From assembly GCA_964057225.1 (NCBI GenBank), contig OZ059899.1:6572001-6636000 (forward strand): a DNA stretch of 64,000 nt, read 5' to 3'. A model generated the notes under the pieces. The model did not search any database and had not been told where the DNA came from. It worked only from the letters and a program-made list of their open reading frames with translations. The stretch comes from Auanema rhodensis (lineage: Eukaryota; Animalia; Nematoda). The position numbers were made by a program, and so were the translations under genes. Every line of letters begins with the position of its first letter. Position 1 is the first letter of the stretch. Shown here in pieces: positions 52,290 through 64,000 of the stretch.

Positions 52290-55002
52290 TTACTTCATTT
52301 GTTCACAGAAACTATCATCATAGCTTCTACCCTTTTTCATGGGGCAAACTAACTTTCGCCGACAAGATGCTTCAGAAAAACATTCATTATCGTGAGCATT
52401 TCTCCAATAAAAACTAAAATTAATATATCATTGGATAATTAATAATGAATATACTTACTGATAGAAATGTTTGAAAAGATTTGGATCATTGTACAAACGA
52501 TCAGATAATTCACTGAACGATTGTGGAGACAAATCTGTCATGTTATAGAATTGCTGAAAAAAAAAAAGATTAAAGTAAATTATAATTATTTAAGATGATA
52601 ATACTGAAGTTAACATAACATAACATAAAAATATAACTTATTCTCACTCTATAATTATATTCTAAGCTCCACACAGGTTCTTTATTATTTTTATTGGCAA
52701 CTTCCACATCAGTTGCATATGTCTCAACATCCTTTGTTGTCTTAAAAAAATGTTTTTACCAAACAATTTTTTGAATATTATACCCATGAAGCACCATCAT
52801 ATCCTCCATCAATGGTATAAATTCTGTATGATGGATTTGACCAACTGTATGTTGTAATTGAAGGGCTTATCCAGTTCATATGGAATGGTCTCGTATTTGG
52901 ATTAGCTTTTTCGTAAAGAACCTGAGATTATTTTTACTGATTATAAAAACTGTATTTATTAAACCTGGAAATGGTCATAATGGGTATGACCATAAAACAT
53001 TTGAGCAATTGTATTTTCATAACGTTTAACAATTTCAAAATAATTCCAAGACCAACCCTTGAGGCAATAATCATCTCCAGGTGGAATATGTGAAATTATG
53101 TGAACCTAATAAGAAAAATATTACAAATTCAGTTGCTTCCTAAATAAAAAATACTGTGCCAAATGCCAAACCTTTTCTTGTTTCGTTTCTGAATCTTGAA
53201 GCTGTTCAATCAACCATTCCAGAGTGCTATCAGGATCTGTTTGATCAATGTAAAGATAACTAAATTCAATATGATACTTTAAATTAGACAAGAGACTCAC
53301 AAATTAAATTCTGAACAGTAAATAGTATTAATTGATATAATCTTAAGTCCTGGTTTAGGATAGACAACATATGATGCCCGACTAAAAATTAAAACAATTA
53401 AAGATATCATAAAAACTATTATAATTACTATTGAACATCAGGTAAAGCTGAAGTAGGAATCCAATGAGACCACATATCCTTCATTATGCTGTACAACCAT
53501 TGTGGACCTCTCTGATTATATTCTGGCATTGTATGTGGTGCCATACTGTAATGATTATTTCATAATCCATTAGCGTATGAAACACCTACGCATCTTGAGG
53601 AACAGCTTCATGATTACCAATGGAAACATAAACTGGAGTTTTTGGAAAATACTTCAGCAATGCTCTAGTCACATTCTAATTATTGAGGTTGGTCAACTTG
53701 TTCGATGAAATATTCACAAACCTCCATGTTACTTCTTGTCAAAGCTTCTGTGTAATCCCAAGAATCGTGTGCTTCAAAATCTCCAGTTATAATAATGTAA
53801 TCTAGCTAAATAAAGAAAAGAATTACTTCCGCTTTGAAAAAATCATTGACTATATACATATAAGCTTTGTATAATAAATATGATAGTTAGACGTACATCT
53901 TTGTGGGTTTTGCTGATATGTTTCAAAGCTGAATCAAAAGTCCGGTAAGGTAAATCACATAAATATGGCATTCCCCATTTTCCAGCAGGGATAAAAACGG
54001 GCTCTATATTTGAATAAATTATTGTAACAGAAAGAAAACATCATTACTATCTTTTCTAGATGTATGTTCTGGAGTACTGCTTTCGTAATCTCTACAACAC
54101 ATTGCATATGTTCCTGTGAAGTCATCAATTTGACAATAAGCTTCAGTTCCTTCAACATATTGGCGATCAATATGAATATCAGAAAGTTGCAAGAATTTGT
54201 AAGTTGGTTTTCCTTCCTTTAAATTTAATATTATTGACTTTGTACCATATTCTCATTTTATTACTGGAATCTTTGGCCATGGTTTAACGGGTGGCTTATT
54301 TCCTGGTATGGTGATATTCCACATTACGTGGAATGGATTAACAGACTGTCCACAGTCTTTTACAAAAGCACCGCAAATCTCAGCCGGTGTGAAAACTGTA
54401 CGCTCTAATACAAATGCAACTTCATCCTATAATTAATAATTATTGTAAAGCAGCCTTATTTATTTGATAATAGGTAATAAAAATTTTAAAAATAAGTTCA
54501 CGTGTATTTCCACGTGACTGAAATTTAAGATTAGCACAAGATTGTTGTTTTAAGAAATTATTAGAAAGGTTTTTGTTATTTTGTATTAACCTGAAATGCT
54601 TTCATGATATGCTTGCATACATGCGGTTGTTCGATATTTAGAATGTCACAAATATCACTGGAATAGAGCATTATTAATAGGTAATATATGCAGAACTTTT
54701 TTTACGTCAGAAACTCCGCTATTTCATCATCAGTCTTGTTTTGCTTCAGCATTTGTTGCAATCCATCAATTGTTAAACTACATGCAAAACATGACAAAGC
54801 AGCATTTTCAGGCTTAGCAGCTTCTGCTCTCATATATCTGATTAACTATAGAGAATGTAGACAATGATAATTTTTCTCCTCATATACAAACCTTTTGTTT
54901 TCCCATATACTGTAAACTGTCCATCGATGACTTTGGAAGAACACCAGCAAGAGTTACGGCTAAGAATGTAGCCCATAGCAGGGCACTGACCCAAAGACTC
55001 AT
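52290..55002 (-). CDS. asm-2: Acid sphingomyelinase (saposin B + metallophosphoesterase)
   Basis: Signal peptide, saposin-like [96 protein letters not shown]. Confidence 0.92.
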
Positions 55003-55895
55003 ACTGCAGAACAGCAATTGTAAAAATATAAACAGAAAATTAAAAAAATAAATTCAAATTAATTCAGCTGCTGTGCAAGCTGCAGAACAAAGATAGTAAC
55101 TGGATGATAATCTGGAGACAAACTTCTACAGAATCTCTTATCGACCTTTTGTACGGAAACAGTTTCTTCAGCGTTTTCCTTATTGTCATGGATTATAACA
55201 CTTCTTATGATAACAATACGTTATCTGCTCTCAATACACGTGGGAAACACATTGAATTAGATGTATTGGCAAGTACTGAAGATATTTGAATATTTATGAC
55301 ATCAATCTACTAGTTATACAAGCTACATTAGAGTAAATCTCTTCTATGATTTAATTTGATTTATGGTATTTCCTTTTTTCTTTTGAAAAACATTAATGGC
55401 ACTGCCCATTGTGCCAATCTCTGATCAGTTGATCTTCTTTTTCATTATTTCTATGACGCTGATTTTCGATTAGTTACTGTGTTTTTGTTATTTTTGAAAC
55501 CAATATGAATTTCCCATTGTTGTAATAATGCAACTATTGCTAAATATTGATAATTCGAGGAAATTGTCCTGTTGGAAGACAAAACACTTTGATTTTTTAT
55601 TAGCTTGGTTAAAGCAAAAATTCATTTTGACACCAATGATATGATAAAACATTAAAAGCCATATTTCACATTCAATTCCATTTCTTATCGACTATGAAAT
55701 TTTCATTCGAAGGCTGTATTTGCGCTCTAATCTAATAGCTTTAGGATAAGCTGTTTAGATTTGATACGTAAGCACATAGGAAAAAAATTAAAAATGAGGA
55801 CACATTGAACTAAAATTTCAGTGAAATTTTTAACAACGTTTTATACATTCAATGTACAATTTAAAATAATATCGCAGACACAGAAAATAAGGAGA

Positions 55896-57692
55896 TCATA
55901 GTGAAAGCATACAGAAATGAGCATACGGTAAAATCCATCTATTTAATACCCAAGCAGTTACTTGATTACTATACAAAGAATCTACAATATTTTGATAGAA
56001 TTTGAACTGTGTTCGGCTATAAGATGTACTAGGAGTCGCCTTGTTTTTTAATGCTTTTTGAGCATTCTATAATTTGATTAATTATTAAACGAATTAATCT
56101 TCTTAGAAACCTCAAATGAAGCCGAATTACAAGTACGCCCATCTTCGTTCAAGAAATAAAACCCCAAATGTTTCATCTAAATATTTGATTAAATACATTT
56201 GTCGTAATAAAAAGCTCGAAAAATGTTGTTTGGTCTTTTTCTTCTATATCTCTCACCTTTCCCAATTTACCACCAAGTTGTGTCTCTCCATCGAATTGAA
56301 TGAGAGATGGAGGTGACAAGGTCGATGTTGAAGAATCTAGCCATTGCCAATTGGTGATCAACCTATTCACTCCGAAGTTTTTTCAACTCAATTAGTCATT
56401 TATTTACCTGAATGGAAGCCCTCCGCATGTGGCAAGGTTCCCAATTTGGCACAATGACGTCATATAAGCATTATCAGGAACATACCACCACGAAATGTCG
56501 TTGGATAGTTTAGTAAAGTAGTTTAGGGATCGTTGGGTTGGTTCGGCTCGATAATATCCACCTAAATTTGCTTACTGCAACTTCTCTTACACACTCATGA
56601 CAAAACCTGCTATCAACGGTCCTTTCTCTGATGCACGATCAAACAATATATCAATCGGTTGAGAACCATTGAAATTCAAAGATAACAGATTTTCCGCCCA
56701 AAATGTGTCCTAAACAAGTATTTGTTAAAAAATAATGAATGCTGTATTATGACAGTAATTGATACACAAAATTAATCAAGTTAAGACGGAAAATGTTTAC
56801 ACTGTACCATGGCTAGCTTGTCGCACATAGCTCATGAATCTTAATCAGGCTATCGCCTAGGCCACATTTAAAGAGTTCGAGCCTAGCATCGGCTTTTATT
56901 TCTTTTTTTTTGATTATGTTACTTTCAGCAAAATAAAAACTAAATAAACCTTACCTGTTGAATCATCCAAAATCTCCTATTCATTGTTAATAGAGCTTTA
57001 GCCAAGTTTGACCGAAACAGATAAAAAAGTTGATAATATCCGTCGCCATAATTGAAAGAGTCCTATAAACAAACTTACTTGTATTCGCTTTCAAATTCAA
57101 GTTAAGGGTCTAAATATTTTTTTTGAATAACAACACCTAGCTAGATTTCTACCCATACATACACTTTAGTATTTGTTTTGTTATTTTACAATACTATTAA
57201 GGTAAAAACTCACTGCGAGTCCGGGAACAACCCATTCAAGAATTCGAACATTAGGCCAAAATTTTCTGATTTCACTGGTTGCGTCAGAGTCCAATGTTAC
57301 AATCAAAGAATTTTCATGAACACCTGAATGACGATAAAAATATTTTTGTTTCGTATAAAAAAATCACATATTTAAAATAAATTTACCTGAAAAATGTTCT
57401 GTATTGCATAACCAATTGAAAGTCATGTTTAGAGCATGCTTGTTTAGTATAAGAACAAGAGTCTCTTGACTTTCTGGGAGAGACGTAACAACGGATTGAA
57501 ATGATTCAGAAGTTACCTGTTAAATAACATTTACATGTGAAGAATTTCATCAACCTTTACCATTTCTTCATAGCTAACTTCATGGGAATGCAATCTCACA
57601 GTATTCATTGCTATTAAAGCAAATATGATTTTCCGAATTACTAAGCACAAGAAAGCGTAAAATAAAGCATTTGATACCGTAATCCTTTTCAT
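55896..57692 (-). CDS. Nucleotide-diphospho-sugar transferase family (PF03407-type) type II membrane glycosyltransferase
   Basis: N-terminal TM, LNKHALNMTFNWLCNT, IVTLD, WMIQQDTFWAENL, DILFDRA..IAGGYYRA, WWYVPDNAYMTSLC. Confidence 0.8.
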
Positions 57693-59284
57693 TTCTTCTA
57701 TAATATTTTTTTTATATGAAACTTCGTATGAAAAATATATAATCTTTTAAAAAAATTGAAATAAAAACGATCATTTTAAAATTCAAGTAACAATACAATG
57801 TTCATCTTGAAGTAAAGGAGGGAGTATGATATATGTCCTTGGCAAGGCTGATTATAAGCTTTCTATTGCGCCTTTTGTACTAAAAGTATTCGATACATAA
57901 ACCTGTTCAATTGTCTTCGGGTCAGGGGTTTGACCATACAGTGAACAAACCACAGTTCAGAAATAAGTTAATCATAAAAATTACGGCATGAAATGATATA
58001 TATAACAACAAGATAAAAAAACGTAAGTTCCGTAAACTTCATAACAACTACTCTAAATCATTTGACTCGATGTGCAGATTGTTTTGTACTTCGCAATTTC
58101 ATTAGACTGATTCTTTGAAAAAATTCATTCTGAAAATTAATGCACTAGATTCGTCATTTGCTACGACCTCGAGCCTAATATTTAGGAAGTCTAGTCATTA
58201 TTAAAATACATAGTTACAGATATACATACATTAGTTTCTATTCAATTTTTTTAATTTAAAGAAAACTCAAAAACATTGCGAGTCTCTTTAGTACATCATT
58301 GTTCAAATATTACACCGAAAAAAACAAATAAGCAGATCAAACCAAATAGATGCCATGAAAACACAGCTCAACAAAATCTGTTCTTATATATTTATATATA
58401 CATAAATATATTTCTCTACAAGATTTTCATATTAGTATCTATTGAGAAATAGGTGGTCGAAACTTGAACCTTCTTGTGAGGTCTTCATATCTTCATACCC
58501 TCATTAAATAATTTAACCTTCTCGTATGACCTAACTCTTTTCAAATTCTTCGCCTAATTACTCTATATGTAACAAATGGAAAAGGAAATTCTTTATTTAT
58601 TTCATACACTATATATAAATCTATAAATTATTGTTAATAACTTTCTTATTACAATTGTTATAAATAGGTGACAGGTTTTATGCCGTCAGCGTAAGAAAAC
58701 GTGCTCCAATGATATTCGGAGAAAAAACTGAGAATATTATAATTTATATGTCAATATATAAAGTCTATTGAGACAATCATGATATCTTTAATGTGGCATT
58801 TATTAAGGCCATAATAATAACATCTAGCTAAAGATGAATTTATTAACAACAAAAGAGATATTTCACCATAAACACACGTCATTCATCCGTTTCATTTTAA
58901 CAGAAGTTCCAATGCTGTTTTTGCAACACCACTATTTCTCTATATATTGATTTTCAGATAACTTTGAACTTTCTTCATTAGGTGCTTAATTTTTAATTTT
59001 TTTCAACTATATAAATTAAATTTTATTTAAAGAATCAATAATAAAACGATAACAGAGAAAACTGAGTTCTATTGTTATCATGTACTTATCATTTTTGTTT
59101 TATTCACTTATGTCAACGCGTCGTTTTTGTAGTCAGTTTTCTTCAAAAATGCTTGGTCACATGATTCACACTTCAACTTCCCTCATCTATCTGCAGATAT
59201 ATATATTTTTTACTTTGTATTCATAGTTTAATTTATTTTTAAAGATAATTTCTATTTTTTCTTATTTCTTTCCCATTTATAGAT

Positions 59285-61726
59285 ATGTGCGACTCGGAAG
59301 ATGACGAGTTTCTTAGTGCATCGGAAGGTGAACTCAGCGATACTGAAGAAACAAATTCAACAAGCAAACACGTTGAAATTGATGAGGTGAGTGACAGTTG
59401 GTAATACTAGGTTATTTACAATGAAATTTATCTTAAGAAACTAGTCGAAGACGTCGATAAGATTTCTGTTAATGAATCAACAGAGGAGCATGTAGGCACG
59501 CCAAACGAAGAAAGTGCCTGTCATAGTTCCGAAGACGATTTTATGAGAAAATCACAATCGAGCGAGGTTTATATGACTCTGTTCATCCTTATATTTTATT
59601 TATATTGTTTAGGATTCTAATTTGCAAATTATTCCTAGTAGTAAATCTTCAATAGCCAGTCTAACAGAGGATAAAAAAATTTTATTAAAAGAAGTACTAA
59701 AAGTAAATATTATAGCATTATTCTGTTTTATTTTATTATATAGGAAGCTGAAGAATTGGAGTTATCCCGTTCCTTGAGTAATACTCCTGAGCACGAAGAT
59801 GTATGCCTTTAGTATTAATGTTATATGCTTTCCTATTTCCAGCAAAATTTACAGTGTGCAACTCCAATAAATGAACCAGCTGATACTGAGTCTGAACCAG
59901 TGCCTGAACCTGTAATAGAAGCAAAAGCCAGAGAGAAAGGTAAATTTCACATTTAGATTGATTTATATTTTTTTTCAGCTCCAGATGAAAAGGACAGCGC
60001 ATGGGCTCAGGGCTCAAAAGAAGACAAGGTTAGAACATCAAAGTTGCAACATAAACTTGTGAAATTAGGTTAAGGAACAATCTTCTGCGGATTGGGGAGA
60101 TTGGGGAGACGATTTTGAAGCTACAACTTCACCTGATGCGAAATTGAAGGACAATTTGTGTGAAGGGTATATAAATCTTTCTTAAATTGTTTTTTTTAAT
60201 TTCTGATTTAAGTGAATGGAGTCTGATCGACGAGAAAAAATTGAGACAAGCACAATGCACTGAAGAAATTCAAACGTATTTTACTTTTTTTGTTTATCTA
60301 ATTTTTTAGAATGTTTAGTCAAGTTTTGGATAAATTGAACTCTACGTCTAATCAAGGATGGGGTTGGGGTGGTTTAGCTTCGGCACTAGGTAATTCTATT
60401 ATCTAGCAATGGTTTATTATTGATTTGTTAAGGAGAAACATTTTCAAGTGCAGTCGAGAACACTTTAGGATTGCCATCTGCTGACGAGATGGCTAGGAAA
60501 ACGAAAGAAGTTGATGAAACAATTGCTGATGAATATGAGGATGAAAATAATTATAAGGTGAATTTAATTTGATTCAGTATCTAAAATATGGGTTTAGACT
60601 CTTACGGAACAAGCTGAGGAGAAACAAGAGGGCAATGGACTTGGGTTGTTTTCCGGTATTTTATCAGGCGGCATTGATGTTCTAGAGAACATAGGGAAAA
60701 AAACTTTCGAAGCTGTAACTGTAAAAGATTCGGTATGATTTATAATAATTCGTATTTTATGTAAAAGTTTCAGAATCAAAAGAGTCGTCGATTAATTTTC
60801 ACTGAAACTAGTGACGGAGGAAATCTCTCAGATATATTAAAAGAACGAAGAGATCAAGATAGCAATTTAATATCAATGGGTGGAGTAGGCTCAACAACAT
60901 CTGTAGTATAAAAACAACTCTACTTATAATTCTTTAATATTTTAGACGATTCGTGATGTGATGCATTTATTTAAACAAGGCAATGGTCAATTAAACCTCG
61001 AAACTTTAGAAATGCTTTCGATAAAGTTACCGAAAGCTCCACACCATTTTGAAATGTAAGTTTCATCTGTACTTACTACAACTGAGCCCCGTGTCGTTTA
61101 GAAAGTTTTTGGCAGCTATAAAAGCAATCAATACGGATGAGGCGTTCAATGGTGACTTTGCTAACGAATTAGCTAAGATTATTCAACGAATTGGACTCCC
61201 TTATGATCCACAAGGATTAATTTCAACAGACTCAGTTTGTTATTTAATATTCGCTCTATTTTAATATTTAAATTGGCAGAGATTATCTTCTGATATGGAC
61301 TTTTGTGATAGTAAAGGAACAGATCAATTATTAAGTGAAGGTATCGAAGCATTGGTGGATTTCATTACTTCATCTGTTCAGGTGATTTACTAATTTATAT
61401 ATTTTACTTTTAAAAATAATATGAATTAAAGGTTGTTAGTAAACTTGGCCAGCTTATGTTATTACCCGAAACTACGGTTGACTGGTGTTTGTTCATTGAT
61501 TTTTATAAGCTTTTAGCTCAACGCATATCTTATATTGGAGATCGCTATGTTGAAATGATTAATTTCTATGATGAGAATGTAAGAAAATTTGTTTTTATCA
61601 TCGAACTTGTTTTATTTTCAATTTAAGGCTGATTCACTCACCACCGAATTACACATGGAAATCAGTTCATCAATAGATCTTGTACAACAAGCTTTCAAAT
61701 TACTAATTCCAATTTTCCCACAATAA
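59285..61726 (+). CDS. FAM114A: FAM114A (Noxp20-like) protein
   Basis: Acidic N-terminus, WGDWG and GWGWGG tryptophan motifs, AVENTLGLPSADEMA, GILSGGIDVLENIGKKTFEAV, NLETLEMLS, C-terminal LLIPIF. Confidence 0.82.
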
Positions 61727-62030
61727 GTTCATCGTTATATATGTATATACTTGTACACTCCTCTCATATCTGGCATATAACAGTCATGGCGCTATTCCTT
61801 CATTGTGATTTTTTCGATTGCCTTATATTATTTTCCAACTTCTCTTCAATGAGATTAATAGATGTATAGAGATACGTTTTTTTTGTCGCTGATGGTGGGT
61901 TTGCGATGTGTTTACAATTCCGATGGGATTAAATGGTTTCATTATATATTTTTTCATTTATTCCAATTATGGGTTTTTATCCTCATAATATCAAACATTG
62001 TTCACATAATAAATTAAACAAGCAATTTAG

Positions 62031-64000
62031 ATGAATTTTCTAAAAGCAATACAACAGACTCAGCAGGTCCTTAATACTGCTACTCAATATTATCAAGATT
62101 TTAAGAATCAAGCTAAGGAAAAACCAACAGAGGTAGAATTAATTAACAGTAATTTTAAAGGAACATAGTTATATTAAAATTAGATTGAAAAAATATCAGA
62201 CAGTAGATTAAAGAAAATGCTAAAGTTGGATAACCTCACTAATTTTTCTTGTCATTCTGAATCCAATTCAAGTGGCGCCTGTTTCTATGCCATATACATA
62301 CCAGAAGCCAAAGTAAGATTAATAATTGTTTTCAACCTACTCTGAAAGTTTTCAGTCAGTATATAAATCAGTGGATGAAAAATTAGTTCGCCAGTTATGT
62401 GTTAAACTCAATCCGTTGGGAAGTGTAAATGGTATTGTACATGTTTAATAGTTTTTAAAGTTTTTTTTATATAGGTTCTAATCTTGATTCCCTCATGAAA
62501 ATTGTATGGGATGAACCAGATTGGTCTACGCTTCACTATGCCGTAGCTTGCGGAATTATACCTTACTTGAATACTGTTCTCCAAAAGGATAAAGAATTGT
62601 TCGATTCTTTTCTAACTCTGTATGAACATAGCTATTTTTAGAGTTTTCAATCATGCTTCATGTGATGGAAAATTACCTTTGAACATTGCTGCGGAAAAAA
62701 AGCAAATAGGCGTTCTTCAACTGCTATTGAAGGAAGGTTTGTCTGACAAAGCGTGCCCTTGATTCTCTTTTCTTATTTAGGTGCACCTCTTCATCAGCAA
62801 GATGCTTTGGGACGTACTGTTGTTCATTGGGCTGCTGCTTCTGATGCAGCCATTCTACAAGTAGATTTCCCATTGGTAATCGATTTAAAAATTGTTCTTC
62901 TAGGAACTTTCATGTTCACCTAACTTCCAAGCCGGATTATTAGTATTGGATGGAGATGGAATGTCTCCTCTTTCTTTAGCCATTCGAGCGTCAAATTTTG
63001 ATACTGTTCAGCTACTAATGGGTATTGAGTAAAGTTAAGATATATTTCAATGACCAAAAGTTGTAGGTCTCTCCGCTCCACTGGGACCATTAAAATCAGG
63101 CCCGTTATTAAATGCAGTTGTTAACTTGCCATATAAAGATCCGCTAGGAAAGTAAGTTATCTTTGAGTTTCTAGTTGAGTTAGTTAGTATTATCACGGTT
63201 TTATTTCCAAAAATTCACGTAAATGTTCACATTCTTTTGTTTCTGGGGATTCTATTTTGACCGATCAAACTCAGGTCAAATGATCATGCCATACCCGGTG
63301 TATTATGTTCACCTTTAGTGCGATGCAATAATACATTTTTTTTCCCAGAATTTTGGAGCTTATAACAATAGTTTCACCATCAGTTGTGGAACAAGTTGAT
63401 GGAAGTGGTCGAACAGTTTTACATAAATCGCTCGATAAGAGAGTGTTGATTGCTATCTTAAAAAACAGTGCTGAACATATAGATATTAACAAAAAAGATA
63501 ACCAAGGGAATACACCTCTTCATTCGGCTGTAGAAAGAGGTTTCTAAATATATTTTTCTCAAAGCAGATAATCTTGTATTGTGTCAGGGGATTTGGAAAA
63601 TGTTATTGGTCTTCTAACTTGTGGCGCAGATGCTAATGTTTTCAATGGTCAGGAGGAAACACCTCTTATGAAAGCGGTCCAGGTGAAAAAAAAATGTTTT
63701 TCGCTTTCATAATAGGATTATTTATATTTAGAATGCACAATTTGTATTGGTTAAAACTCTTATATTATTTGATGCCGATATCTCTTTAAAGAATAGGAGA
63801 GGTGAAGATGTTTTCAAATATTCAAGTAGTTCAAAAAAGAGGTTTTTTTTTTGCTATGAAGTCTAATAAATTTCTTATTTTCTAGGGCTGATATTGAATT
63901 AATTCTTAAACAGGCACTTCTACCATCGAATGTTGCGCTTATTCCTAGCAATGGTATGATTCTCGATGATAAAGAAAATTAAGAAAGGATTGCAGCATTT
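62031..64000 (+). CDS. Ankyrin-repeat protein, probable calcium-independent phospholipase A2 beta (iPLA2/PLA2G6-like); truncated at window end
   Basis: EPDWSTLHYAVACG, GKLPLNIAA, GRTVVHWAA, GMSPLSLAI, DINKKDNQGNTPLHSAV..LLTCGADAN..EETPLMKAV, matching the iPLA2 ankyrin region. The patatin domain is not within the window. Confidence 0.68.

Noticed and set aside
63152-63348. Hairpin TTTGACC/GGTCAAA in a 197-nt intron of the ankyrin gene
   Set aside because: Single short stem with no convincing H or ACA boxes.

Overview
This is AT-rich, gene-dense nematode (rhabditid-type) genomic DNA, not prokaryotic sequence. Genes are split by many ~40-55 nt GT..TTTCAG/TTTTAG introns, so the ORF track captures only fragments; the gene models below were spliced by hand. 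In order: a small secreted peptide gene; the intestinal GATA factor elt-2 with a TGATAA-rich upstream region; a small tail-anchored protein; ~11 kb with no convincing gene; a secreted Cys-rich protein whose 3'UTR folds into a long duplex; a dib-1/mdt-21 pair (minus); a type II membrane SAM methyltransferase; a secreted coiled-coil protein with a C-terminal cysteine-cradle-type domain; a multi-pass membrane protein; a probable operon rla-0/tct-1/rpl-43/METTL26; hst-6; STEEP1; two divergent neuropeptide precursor genes; a nuclear hormone receptor with an antisense intronic tRNA-Pro(UGG); asm-2; a nucleotide-diphospho-sugar transferase; FAM114; and a truncated ankyrin/iPLA2-like gene. The most striking unexplained feature is a ~450-nt, almost fully base-paired sense-strand element ending in an H box/hairpin/ACA module inside the oversized last intron of mdt-21. 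It is a candidate intronic H/ACA long ncRNA with telomerase-RNA-like size and architecture, but I could not find a TTAGGC template in it. All RNA structures were inferred by eye, not computed.
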